Under the pieces are notes generated by a model that was not told the origin of the DNA, searched no databases, and worked only from the letters and a program-made list of their open reading frames with translations. Both the position numbers and the translations under genes were made by a program. From Thermodesulfobacteriota bacterium (GTDB taxonomy: Bacteria > Desulfobacterota > QYQD01), in NCBI GenBank assembly GCA_040755415.1, contig JBFMAZ010000082.1, positions 148 to 64,147 on the forward strand: DNA of 64,000 nt. Reading direction: 5' to 3'. Below, one piece after another: positions 21,141 to 30,514 of the stretch (position 1 is its first letter; each line of letters begins with the position of its first letter).

Positions 21141-22494
21141 TATACCTTATTCCATACTCATCGTTGATGATGACGTGCAAATGACCATTATGCTCAGGAA
21201 AGTATTAGAGAAAGAGGGTTATGACGTGGACACCGCCCTTAACGGGCAGGATGCCCTGGCTAAATCCGCTGAGGGAGATATCGACCTGGTAATCTCTGAT
21301 ATCCGCATGCCAGGCATGGATGGTCTGGAATTCCTGAAAAGGATAAAGGAAAATCATCAGGATGTCCCGGTCATACTTATGACCGCCTTTGGCTCTATCG
21401 AGGCTGCAGTGGAGTCCATGAAAAAGGGGGCCTACCACTACATAGCCAAGCCATTTAAAACAGAGCAGTTCCGGTCGGTGGTAGAAGCTGCCCTCCGGGA
21501 GCGAAGGCTTCAGCTTGAAGTAGCCGGCTTGCGCCAAGAGATAACGAAGGAGTTTTGTTTCTCAAACATTATCGGCAAAAACCCGGCCATGCAAGAAATA
21601 TTCTCCCTGATCCGGCGTGTGGCCAGGGCCAAAAGCACTGTCATAATCTATGGGAAGAGCGGCACCGGCAAGGAACTCGTGGCCAGGGCCCTGCATTATA
21701 ACAGCCCCCGTGCGGATAAACCATTTGTCGCCTTCAATTGCGCGGCCATACCCGAGACCCTTCTGGAAACAGAGCTTTTCGGTCATGCCAGGGGGGCCTT
21801 TACGGATGCCAGGCATGCCAAAAGGGGCCTTTTTGTCGAAGCGGATGGTGGTACCTTGTTCCTGGATGAAATTGGCGATATGCCTGTTTCCATTCAGGGC
21901 AAGCTACTCAGGGCTATCCAGGAAAGGGAAATCCGGCCAGTGGGCGCAACGAAGGATATCAAGGTTGACGTGAGGCTCGTTGCAGCTACACATCATGATC
22001 TGCAACAACTGCTTAAAGAAGGAAAGATAAGGGAAGACCTCTACTTCCGGTTAAACGTAGTCCCCATAAGCCTCCCGGAATTAAAGGACCGTAAAGAAGA
22101 CATCCCCCTGCTGGCAAGGCACTTCCTTAAAAAATATGCTGTAGAGAACAATCAGAAACCGCTTAATGTCTCAAGAGAAACGATGCACATTCTTATGGAA
22201 TATCCCTGGCCGGGAAATGTTCGGGAGCTGGAAAATGTCCTGGAACGGGCCGCCATCCTCACCGAAGGCCCCGTGATCCAACCTGAGAACCTGCCCGAGG
22301 GTCTTCGCTCAGTCCCCTATGCGTCTGGCGAAGAAATACCTATAACTTCCAGTTTAGAAAATCTGGAGAAAAAACATATCCAGGATATACTCAACTTAAC
22401 CCGCGGAAACCAATCGGAGGCCGCGAAAATCCTGGGAATCGATCGCCGCACCCTTTATCGCAAGATAAAGGCCTACAATCTACAGATAACCTGA
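21133..22494 (+). CDS. sigma-54-dependent response regulator (NtrC family)
   Basis: Receiver (DIRMPGMDG), AAA+ with GKSGTGKE, GAFTDA, GGTLFLDEIG, and C-terminal Fis-type HTH (NQSEAAKILGIDRRTLYRK). Confidence 0.9.
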   Translation: MSDIPYSILIVDDDVQMTIMLRKVLEKEGYDVDTALNGQDALAKSAEGDIDLVISDIRMPGMDGLEFLKRIKENHQDVPVILMTAFGSIEAAVESMKKGAYHYIAKPFKTEQFRSVVEAALRERRLQLEVAGLRQEITKEFCFSNIIGKNPAMQEIFSLIRRVARAKSTVIIYGKSGTGKELVARALHYNSPRADKPFVAFNCAAIPETLLETELFGHARGAFTDARHAKRGLFVEADGGTLFLDEIGDMPVSIQGKLLRAIQEREIRPVGATKDIKVDVRLVAATHHDLQQLLKEGKIREDLYFRLNVVPISLPELKDRKEDIPLLARHFLKKYAVENNQKPLNVSRETMHILMEYPWPGNVRELENVLERAAILTEGPVIQPENLPEGLRSVPYASGEEIPITSSLENLEKKHIQDILNLTRGNQSEAAKILGIDRRTLYRKIKAYNLQIT

Positions 22495-22501
22495 CTTATA
22501 T

Positions 22502-22537
22502 CGGGACAAATTGTCCCGTCCAAGTGGCAATTTGTCC
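22502..22537 (+). promoter_or_regulatory. candidate enhancer (UAS): two related palindromic sites
   Basis: CGGGACAAATTGTCCCG and GGCAATTTGTCC, directly after the NtrC-type gene and about 180 bp upstream of the -24/-12 candidate. Confidence 0.35.
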
Positions 22538-22698
22538 TGTTCCGCCTGTATCATACAATAAGCGCATTACCTGACCGATAAAACCACTTTGCCCTGTGAC
22601 ATTTTTTCCCATCGGTTTTTTCCCTCACCACCCCCCCACCTGCTACTTGAAATTGAAAATACCCAGGCAATTGGCCTCCTTTTGAACGAATACTCATT

Positions 22699-22715
22699 CT
22701 GGCATCAAATTTGAT
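22699..22715 (+). promoter_or_regulatory. candidate sigma-54 (-24/-12) promoter
   Basis: CTGGCAT-N5-TTGAT has correct GG/TTG spacing but -12 reads GA rather than GC. It lies about 70 nt upstream of ORF 22784. Confidence 0.4.
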
Positions 22716-22783
22716 ACTCAATAAACCAGAGCACAGAGAAAAGAGAAGGCTAAGTTTTGACAGTACAATAAGAGGAGGATAAA

Positions 22784-23107
22784 ATGCGCACCCATACCAG
22801 TACTCCAAAAGACAGGATATCTAAAGGCAAAACTCTAATGCTCTGCTTCTACAAAGTTGACCAGTTAGGTGACCAAGCGGATAATATCGGACTATCTGAC
22901 TATATCATAAAGATGAAAAAGGCATACCGCTACCGCGACATCCCCAGACAGATGGAAATGGAAGAAGAAAGACTCAAGAAGACGGAATGGTGTGAAACCT
23001 TCAAGGCCAGGATAGCACCTCAGGTTTGTATGCTGCGGCGGAAATATGACACGGCCGGATATTGTAATAAGTGCAAGGGGCCTAAGAAACTATCAAATGC
23101 CAAATAG
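22784..23107 (+). CDS. hypothetical small Cys-containing protein
   Basis: Strong RBS GAGGAGG 6 nt before the ATG. C-terminal WCE...VCMLRRKYDTAGYCNKCKG. No family recognised. Confidence 0.45.
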   Translation: MRTHTSTPKDRISKGKTLMLCFYKVDQLGDQADNIGLSDYIIKMKKAYRYRDIPRQMEMEEERLKKTEWCETFKARIAPQVCMLRRKYDTAGYCNKCKGPKKLSNAK

Positions 23108-23394
23108 TGCCCTTCCGCAAACCACCGTTTCCGGTCGTGCCATAGGCAGATTCGCCGGGGCGAACTTCGCGCTCTCAGCAATCAGCTTTCAGCCTCCGGG
23201 TTACGAGTTTCGAGTTCCGGATTGCGGGTTTCGGATTAACAAACTCATAACTCGCAATCCGAAACACTCTTCCTGACCCCTGCATTCTATATTCTGTATT
23301 CTTAAAATTTACCCTCCCTTACCCTTTCTTTTTTGCTCTGATTCTGTTAAATTCCGGCAATCTTAAGTATTGAAAAAGGCATCAGGGTAAAAAA

Positions 23395-24789
23395 ATGCGA
23401 TACATAAGCACCAGAGGACAAATAGAACCGGTATCATTCCGGGAGGCAGTCATAATGGGCCTGGCTACGGATGGCGGGCTTTTACTGCCTGAAACTATCC
23501 CTTCAATAAGCGCCGGGGAACTCAAAAATTGGGCTAGGCTATCCTATCCGGAACTGGCCTTTAAGGTCATGTCCCCGTTCATCACGGACATCAAGGCCGA
23601 AGACCTGGAAAGAATGATAAAGCGTTCTTACGCTGCCTTTGACCACCCGGAGATTACGCCTGTGGTCAAAAAGGACGGGATTTACGTGCTTGAACTTTTT
23701 CACGGCCCGACCCTGGCCTTTAAAGACGTGGCCCTACAGTTTCTGGGGAATGTCTTTGAATACCTGCTTCTCGAAGGCGGCCGGAAGATGAACATCCTGG
23801 GGGCTACCTCCGGTGATACCGGAAGTGCAGCTATCTATGGGGTAAGGGGGAAAAAGAATATTAACATCTTTATCCTCCATCCATACAAACGGGTCAGCCC
23901 TATTCAGGAATTGCAGATGACCACAGTGACCGATGCCAATGTCTTCAACGTCGCCATAAGGGGGACATTTGATGACGGCCAGGCCATCGTCAAGACCATA
24001 TTTAATGACCTCCCGTTTAAAGAAAGCCATGCCCTGGGGGCCATAAACTCCATAAACTGGGCGCGCGTCCTGGCGCAGATCGTTTATTATTTCTATGCCT
24101 ATTTCCGGGTCAGGGAAAAGACAGACCGCGAAGAAATCAGTTTTGCCGTCCCTACCGGGAATTTCGGGGACATCTTTGCCGGCTATATAGCCAGGCGGAT
24201 GATGGGAAAGGGATTTCACAGGCTGGTGCTGGCCACCAATGAAAATAATATCCTGACCCGCTTTATTAATGCTGGAGATTATTCTATTGGTAAAGTAGTG
24301 CCGACCGTGAGCCCATCTATGGACATCCAGGTGGCCAGCAACTTTGAACGTTATCTTTACTATTTCTATAATGAAGATGCCGAGCGGGTCAGAGAGGCCA
24401 TGCAATCCTTCAGTAAAAACGGCCACCTGAAATTTACAGAAGAAGAACAGGAACTTGTCAGGAGGGATTTTGTCAGCCGGAGTGTGGATCAGCCAACCAC
24501 ACTTAAAACCATCCGTTCCTTTTATGAAGAAACCGGCTATATTCTTGATCCTCACACGGCGGTCGGGGTAAGGGCAGGACTGGACCTTCGTGAGCCGGAT
24601 GTCCCCATGGTCTGCCTGGCTACCGCTCATCCGGCCAAATTTGGCGAGGCCGTTTCTCAGGCCTTGGGCAGAGAACCGGAACTGCCGCCAGCCCTGCAGG
24701 GCCTTGACAAACGCGAATCGCGATGCGAGGTATTGGAAGCCGATATAGACATCATCAAGGATTACTTGCACAAGAACGCCATATGTTAA
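23395..24789 (+). CDS. thrC: threonine synthase
   Basis: MRYISTRG N-terminus, PLP lysine motif GPTLAFKD, GATSGDTG, 464 aa. Confidence 0.9.
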   Translation: MRYISTRGQIEPVSFREAVIMGLATDGGLLLPETIPSISAGELKNWARLSYPELAFKVMSPFITDIKAEDLERMIKRSYAAFDHPEITPVVKKDGIYVLELFHGPTLAFKDVALQFLGNVFEYLLLEGGRKMNILGATSGDTGSAAIYGVRGKKNINIFILHPYKRVSPIQELQMTTVTDANVFNVAIRGTFDDGQAIVKTIFNDLPFKESHALGAINSINWARVLAQIVYYFYAYFRVREKTDREEISFAVPTGNFGDIFAGYIARRMMGKGFHRLVLATNENNILTRFINAGDYSIGKVVPTVSPSMDIQVASNFERYLYYFYNEDAERVREAMQSFSKNGHLKFTEEEQELVRRDFVSRSVDQPTTLKTIRSFYEETGYILDPHTAVGVRAGLDLREPDVPMVCLATAHPAKFGEAVSQALGREPELPPALQGLDKRESRCEVLEADIDIIKDYLHKNAIC

Positions 24790-24861
24790 GAAGTCCGTAA
24801 CAGTTCAGGTTTTTGAAACGCTATGGGCCACGAAATACGATAGATTTCCGGATATAGCATG

Positions 24862-25017
24862 GTTTCAAATTCGAAATCCGAAGCACGAAACTCGAAACAA
24901 TATCAAATGATCAAAATCCAAATTATCAAAACGAATTGTTCATGCTGCGGTTTTGAACATTGAGACATTAGGAATTTGGATTTGTTTCGAATTTCAATAT
25001 TCGAATTTCGGATTTGG
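24862..25017. repeat. AT-rich palindromic element, family C
   Basis: Arms TTCGAAATCCGAAGCACGAAACTCGAAACA ... TGTTTCGAATTTCAATATTCGAATTTCGGATTT. Confidence 0.7.
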
Positions 25018-25105
25018 CCCTGATCTTGAAGCTGTCGACACTATCGGACTTAATGGCCTTTTCAAAAAGCTGAAATGATACAGAAGTTCAAATTCCAAGG
25101 CTCAA

Positions 25106-25870
25106 ATGGATAAAAAAATCTTCCCAGCAGGTATGTCGCCGATTGGTGAGGGGACATTTCGATTCGCCTGCCATCCGGGTGTGGCCTGTTTCATGCTCTG
25201 CTGCCGCAGAGTTGACCTGCTCCTCTATCCCTACGACATTATCCGCCTGAAAAATCGCCTGGGACTTTCTTCAGACGCCTTCCTGGATAAACATACCATT
25301 ATGGCCTACCGGGACAATCCTTTCTTCCCGACAGTCACGTTAAGAATGGCCGACAACACAGAACGCACCTGTCCCTTTCTAGGTGAGGCCGGCTGTACCA
25401 TATATGAGGACCGCCCTACGGCCTGCCGCATGTATCCCCTGGAGCGCGCTGTGGATAGAAGCCTGCCTGAAAGCGGACCAAAAGATTATTATTTTGTCCA
25501 TCGGGTCGAGCACTGCCTCGGTCATAATGAAAGCCGGGAATGGACGGTGGCGGAATGGATCCGTGATCAGGAAATTGCGACCTTCAATCTTATGAACGAC
25601 CTGTGGGTAGAGTTTGACACCTTGATCCGGAATGCGCCCTGGACGCTGGAAAAGAATGCGGAACAAAAGCGAAAGATGGCCTTTATGGCCTGCTACAACC
25701 TCGATGCCTTCAGAAGTTTCGTTTTTGAAAGCACCTTCCTCAAAAGATTCAAAGTGCCTTCACAAGTCATAAAAAAGCTGAGAGGAGATGACGTCGAGCT
25801 GATGAAATTTGGCCTTGACTGGCTCAAGTTTTTTTTAGGTCACGAAAATACGTTCGTTTCCGCCCGATAA
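25106..25870 (+). CDS. YkgJ-family Cys-cluster (zinc/iron-chelating) protein
   Basis: CHPGVACFMLCC and CPFLGEAGCTIYEDRPTACRMYP motifs. Confidence 0.7.
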   Translation: MDKKIFPAGMSPIGEGTFRFACHPGVACFMLCCRRVDLLLYPYDIIRLKNRLGLSSDAFLDKHTIMAYRDNPFFPTVTLRMADNTERTCPFLGEAGCTIYEDRPTACRMYPLERAVDRSLPESGPKDYYFVHRVEHCLGHNESREWTVAEWIRDQEIATFNLMNDLWVEFDTLIRNAPWTLEKNAEQKRKMAFMACYNLDAFRSFVFESTFLKRFKVPSQVIKKLRGDDVELMKFGLDWLKFFLGHENTFVSAR

Positions 25871-26648
25871 CAAAGTCCTGAATGGTCTGGAAGTAGGCCT
25901 CGCCGCACCTGCTTATAATATCGTTGTGGTCTGCGCCCGGCACCACGATGAGCTGCCTCTTTTTGGCTCCGGCATAAGACATGAGCACCTCTACGTCGGT
26001 TAAAGGAATGAGGGCGTCGCGCTGGCCGTGAATAATAAGCGTGGGCTTAGTGACCTTGGCTATGTTTTTGACGTTGATAAGGCCGTCTTCTTCTGATATC
26101 CCCAGATCGGAACCCGGAACACCGATGCGCCCCAGAAGGGCGACCGTACTGGCAAAGGCGCTGTCCAGAATAAGGGCGGCGATCTCATCGTTATAAGACG
26201 CTGCCAGTTCAATGGCGGATACGCTGCCCAGGGAACGTCCCATCAATACAAGCGGGCCGGGCCGGCTGGTTTCCTTTAGAAACCCTTTAATATCCTTATA
26301 CACAGCATGGGCGTCACGGAGCATGGAGCCGGCCGTAGGCTCACCCGTGCTCTTTCCATATCCACGAAAATCAACGGCAATAAAACTAAAGCCGCAGCGA
26401 TTATATACAGGCCCGATATCATCATAGTCGCCAGCTATCTCGCCATTGCCATGAAAAAAAAGGATATGGGGGGCATCGGGAACGGTGAGGTGCATACGCG
26501 CGCCGATCTGTACGCCTCCATCCACAGAGATGAAATGTTCTATGATACCTTCCGGGACAGAGTCTGAATAATCCTTGCGGGGATGAAATATGTACTGCAA
26601 AATCTCAGGCCGGTCCAGCCTGGAAAATTTCTCATGCAAGGTGTCCAT
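25824..26648 (-). CDS. alpha/beta hydrolase
   Basis: HGNGE oxyanion region, nucleophile elbow GRSLGS, HGQRD and ADHND acid/His regions. Confidence 0.75.
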   Translation of the reverse strand: MDTLHEKFSRLDRPEILQYIFHPRKDYSDSVPEGIIEHFISVDGGVQIGARMHLTVPDAPHILFFHGNGEIAGDYDDIGPVYNRCGFSFIAVDFRGYGKSTGEPTAGSMLRDAHAVYKDIKGFLKETSRPGPLVLMGRSLGSVSAIELAASYNDEIAALILDSAFASTVALLGRIGVPGSDLGISEEDGLINVKNIAKVTKPTLIIHGQRDALIPLTDVEVLMSYAGAKKRQLIVVPGADHNDIISRCGEAYFQTIQDFVIGRKRTYFRDLKKT

Positions 26649-26914
26649 GGTGTATATCTCCCAATATCTTATTTGCTTTTAGTGGGTTGACGATAATGAA
26701 TGTCATTAGTCAATAGTCATTTGTCACTGGTAAAAGGGGGGGTAATTTTCCGCACCTAACCAATGACCGATGACTAATGACCAGTGACGTTGCCTGTAGT
26801 TACTATACCCTAACGGTCATAAATGCAAATACTTTTTCCCGTTGTAAAGGTTCGAACGTCTGAACATGTTTTAAGATTAAGTTTGCCGAATCCCCTGCCG
26901 ATAGTACATATAAC

Positions 26915-27060
26915 TAGTCTCCATCCGAAAACCTCCCCTCCCCTAGCGGGAGGGGACTAAGGGGAGGGGGAACATCTCGAAATTGCATAACCTTTTCACC
27001 CCCACCCTAGCCCTCCCCCGTCAAAGGGGGAGGGATATAGGCTTTCCGGCTGGAACTAAC
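26915..27060. mobile_element. MITE-like element, family B variant
   Basis: TAGTCTCCATCCGAAAAC ... GGCTTTCCGGCTGGAACTAAC with GGGAGGGG-type hairpin modules. Confidence 0.7.
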
Positions 27061-27180
27061 TGGTTTCCATCCGAAAATCCCCCTGTATCCCCCTTTTCCA
27101 AAGGGGGATTTCAATATTTTCCCCCCTTTAGCAAAGGGGGGGGGTGGGGGGATTTGGCAGTTTCCGGATGGACACTAACT
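27061..27180. mobile_element. MITE-like element, family B, tandem to the previous one
   Basis: Near-identical to 16453..16570. It ends 27 nt before the fdhA-like ATG. Confidence 0.8.
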
Positions 27181-27206
27181 AGTAATTCCCCCTGGAGAGA
27201 GCACCC

Positions 27207-29234
27207 ATGCATAGCGTCTTAACCACCTGCCCTTTCTGTGCCTGCGGCTGCGGATTATATCTACACGTAGAAAATGAAAGGATAGTGGGTGTCACTCCCA
27301 GCAAGAAACACCCCATCTCCCGCGGCAACCTGTGCGTGAAGGGGTGGAACAGTATAGAGCACGTCCGGCATGCGGAGCGGCTGCGCGAGCCATTGATCCG
27401 AAAGAACGGGAAACTGTTCAGGACCGGCTGGGACCAGGCCCTCAAACGTGTTTCCCTTGAACTGCTCAAGATTAAGAAAAAATATGGGGGCGAATCCATA
27501 GGCATACTCTCCTCGGCCAAATGCACCAATGAAGAGAATTATCTCTTGATGAAGCTCGGCCGCGCCGTATTGAAAACCAACAACATCGACCATTGCGCCC
27601 GGCTATGCCACTCTCCCAGCGTCCTGGGGTTAACCAATGCCTTTGGTTCCGGGGCCATGACCAACTCCATCTCTGAGCTGGCCGGCGCCGAGGTCATCCT
27701 GGTCACCGGCTCCAACACCACCGAACAACACCCGCAGATTGCCCGCTTCATATTCGAGGCCCTGGACAAAGGCGCCAAACTGATCGTCATAGACCCCAGA
27801 CGCATCGAACTCAGCAGATTCGCCCATATCCATCTGAGGCCCCGCCTGGGTACAGACGTAATATGGCTGAACGGCATGATGAAAATCATCCTGGATGAGG
27901 GGCTGTTAGATGACTCTTTTATCAAGATGCGCACGGAGAATTTCCCGGAATTCAGGAAATTCCTCTCCCGGTTCGACCTGGGCCAGGTAGAGGCGATAAG
28001 CGGCATATCCCTGGAAGACCTGGGACGGGCCGCCAAGATTTATGCCGGCGCCAAAAGGGCCATCATTATATATTCTATGGGGATTACGCAGCATGTCTCC
28101 GGCACGGACAACGTGGAGTCCATCGCCAACCTGGCCATGATGACCGGCCACGTAGAACAGGAAATTACCGGCGTATTTCCCTTGCGCGGACAGAACAACG
28201 TACAGGGGGCCTGTGATATGGGCGCCCTGCCCGGAATGCTGAGCGGCTACCAGAGGGTTGATGATCCGGCCGTTCTGGATAAATTCTCACGGGCCTGGAA
28301 TACCGGCCTGCCTGCCGCCCCGGGGTTAAGCAGTGTGGATATGCTCCATGAGACAGGAAGAATAAAAGGCATGTTTATCATGGGAGAAAACTCCATGTTA
28401 AGCCACCCGGATATGAAAAACGTCAGGGCTTCCATGGAACATCTGGATTTCCTGGCCGTGGCGGATATCTTCCTTACCGAAACCGCGGAAGTCGCAGATG
28501 TAATCCTGCCTGCCGCCGCCTTTGCCGAGAAAGACGGCACGGTAACCAGTACGGAGCGGCGCATCCAGAGGATGCGGAAGGCCATCCCGCCCGTCCACCT
28601 GTCTAAACCGGACTGGCAGATAATTATCGAGTTGGCCCGGCGCATGGGATACCCTATGGACTACGAATCCCCAGCCGAGGTCATGGAGGAAATCGCCTTG
28701 CTCACCCCCATCTACGGGGGCGTTTATTATGACCGGCTGGAGACAATCCAGGGGCTGCAATGGCCGTGCCCTGACCGCAATCATCCCGGAACGACATATC
28801 TGCACAAAAAATCATTCGCGCGGGGTAAGGGGCTGTTTTCCTGTATCGCTTACCGGCCGCCGGACGAAACGCCTGACAAGAAATATCCCTTTGCCTTGAC
28901 GACGGGACGCGTGTATGAACACTGGCATACCGGCACTATGACCAGAAGGATATCCATATTGAAACGGGAATGCCCGGAAGGGTTTATAGAAATAAGCCCC
29001 GCAGATGCGCGGGCATTGGGAATAATAAATGGAGAGCCGGTCAAGGTCATCTCTCCCCGCGGAGAAGTGACTACCAGGGCCAGATTAGTCGAGGGCCTCC
29101 CCGGTAAAACGCTCTTTATGCCCTTTCACTTCCGGGAGGCCCCGGCCAATGCATTGACCAACCATGCCGTCGATCCCCAGGCCCGGATACCGGAGCTGAA
29201 GATATGCGCCGTGCGCCTGGAAAAGGTGACCTGA
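27207..29234 (+). CDS. molybdopterin oxidoreductase, formate dehydrogenase alpha-like (cytoplasmic, Cys-type)
   Basis: N-terminal 4Fe-4S motif CPFCACGCG...C. Active-site region HCARLCHSPSV aligns with the CARVUHGPSV type, with Cys in place of Sec. No Tat signal; 675 aa. Confidence 0.85.
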   Translation: MHSVLTTCPFCACGCGLYLHVENERIVGVTPSKKHPISRGNLCVKGWNSIEHVRHAERLREPLIRKNGKLFRTGWDQALKRVSLELLKIKKKYGGESIGILSSAKCTNEENYLLMKLGRAVLKTNNIDHCARLCHSPSVLGLTNAFGSGAMTNSISELAGAEVILVTGSNTTEQHPQIARFIFEALDKGAKLIVIDPRRIELSRFAHIHLRPRLGTDVIWLNGMMKIILDEGLLDDSFIKMRTENFPEFRKFLSRFDLGQVEAISGISLEDLGRAAKIYAGAKRAIIIYSMGITQHVSGTDNVESIANLAMMTGHVEQEITGVFPLRGQNNVQGACDMGALPGMLSGYQRVDDPAVLDKFSRAWNTGLPAAPGLSSVDMLHETGRIKGMFIMGENSMLSHPDMKNVRASMEHLDFLAVADIFLTETAEVADVILPAAAFAEKDGTVTSTERRIQRMRKAIPPVHLSKPDWQIIIELARRMGYPMDYESPAEVMEEIALLTPIYGGVYYDRLETIQGLQWPCPDRNHPGTTYLHKKSFARGKGLFSCIAYRPPDETPDKKYPFALTTGRVYEHWHTGTMTRRISILKRECPEGFIEISPADARALGIINGEPVKVISPRGEVTTRARLVEGLPGKTLFMPFHFREAPANALTNHAVDPQARIPELKICAVRLEKVT

Positions 29235-30493
29235 TGACCGATAAACTCATTCTGTACAAAGAACACCTGAACAGCTTCCTGCGTAAGATAACCAAGGGAT
29301 TTGAACTCATAGCGCCGGTCCGGAATACCTACGGGGATACGTTATTCGAGGTTATTCCGTCTGTAGATGACGTCGGCATCGATCTGACTAATCGCCCCAT
29401 CCTCTCTCCCAAACGTTTCTTCATGCCGCAAGTGGAGACGCTTTTTGCATACCGTTATGATAAATCCGGTTATACATTTAAAGATACGGCAGACAATACA
29501 CCCCGGGTCATCTTCGGCCTTCGCTCCTGTGACACGCGAGGGATACTCTTTTACGATCTGATCTTTCAGGAAGGCCTGAAGGACAAATATTACCTGGATC
29601 GGCGCAGGGACACCATCCTTATCAATTTAGGCTGCAACCAGCCCGGAGAAAACTGTTTCTGCAAGAGCGCCCAGAGTGGCCCTTTTTTGACTTACGGCTA
29701 TGATATACAGTTGACGGATCTCGGTGATAGATTCTTTGTCGAAATCGGCCGGCCGCGGGGCCGGGAACTCCTGGCCGGATGGTCTTACTTTTTCCGTCCG
29801 GCTACACAAGCGGATATAGACGCGCAATATGAGGCAGTCCTGGAATCGGAGGGCAGATTCCGGCACCGCCTCGATTTCGATGCCGCCATAGAAAAACTCA
29901 TAAACCAGAAGGTTGATCCGGCCATATGGGAAGAACTGGGCAGACGCTGTCAGAACTGCGGGGGATGCGCCTATGTCTGCCCCACCTGCTATTGCTTCAA
30001 TATGTTCGATAGCCCATGTTCTGAAAAAGAAGGGGAACGCCTCAGAACCTGGGATGCCTGCACCTTTGCCGGTTTCAGCAGATTGGCCGGAGGATACAAC
30101 CCGCGCCAGGATAAGGCCCAGCGGATAAAAAGGCGCTTTTATCACAAGTTGTTCTATGACAAACAGAAGTATAACATCCCCAGTTGTGTGGGCTGCGGCC
30201 GCTGCGCGGACATCTGTTTTGGCCGTATAGACATGCTCAGCTTCATCCGCCTGATCTGCGAACAGAAAGAGAAGTCGCCGGCCCCCGCCCACCGGAGGCT
30301 GGGAGAACTGCTTCTTGAGGCCGGAATCATCAGCCAAAAAGATCTGGATTCGGCGATAGAAAAACAGGCCGCGACCGGGAAACCCCTGGGTGTTCAATTG
30401 GTGGAAATGGGCGTGGTGGATAAGGAAGCGATTGCCGGGGCGCTCGGCTGCCAACTAAAGATACCCGGCACAGCAAAAAATGTAGAAGACTAA
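29234..30493 (+). CDS. 4Fe-4S dicluster subunit (AsrA / sulfhydrogenase-beta-like) with C-terminal MshEN-type c-di-GMP-binding motif
   Basis: CQNCGGCAYVCPTC and CVGCGRCADIC ferredoxin motifs. C-terminus RLGELLLEAGIISQKDLDSAIEKQ. ATG 29234 overlaps the fdhA stop (TGATG); the ORF track start 29204 is less likely. Confidence 0.75.
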   Translation: MTDKLILYKEHLNSFLRKITKGFELIAPVRNTYGDTLFEVIPSVDDVGIDLTNRPILSPKRFFMPQVETLFAYRYDKSGYTFKDTADNTPRVIFGLRSCDTRGILFYDLIFQEGLKDKYYLDRRRDTILINLGCNQPGENCFCKSAQSGPFLTYGYDIQLTDLGDRFFVEIGRPRGRELLAGWSYFFRPATQADIDAQYEAVLESEGRFRHRLDFDAAIEKLINQKVDPAIWEELGRRCQNCGGCAYVCPTCYCFNMFDSPCSEKEGERLRTWDACTFAGFSRLAGGYNPRQDKAQRIKRRFYHKLFYDKQKYNIPSCVGCGRCADICFGRIDMLSFIRLICEQKEKSPAPAHRRLGELLLEAGIISQKDLDSAIEKQAATGKPLGVQLVEMGVVDKEAIAGALGCQLKIPGTAKNVED

Positions 30494-30514
30494 GAAGTCC
30501 GCAGGGCAACAGAG

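Noticed and set aside
22524-22540. TGGCAATTTGTCC as a sigma-54 promoter
   Set aside because: The GG to GC spacing does not fit TGGCAC-N5-TTGC. The sequence is better explained as the second copy of the GGACAAATTGTCC palindrome, a candidate activator site.
27207-29234. Selenocysteine-containing formate dehydrogenase
   Set aside because: The ORF is uninterrupted, and the position aligned to Sec is a Cys codon within HCARLCHSPSV. There is no in-frame TGA and no obvious SECIS hairpin.
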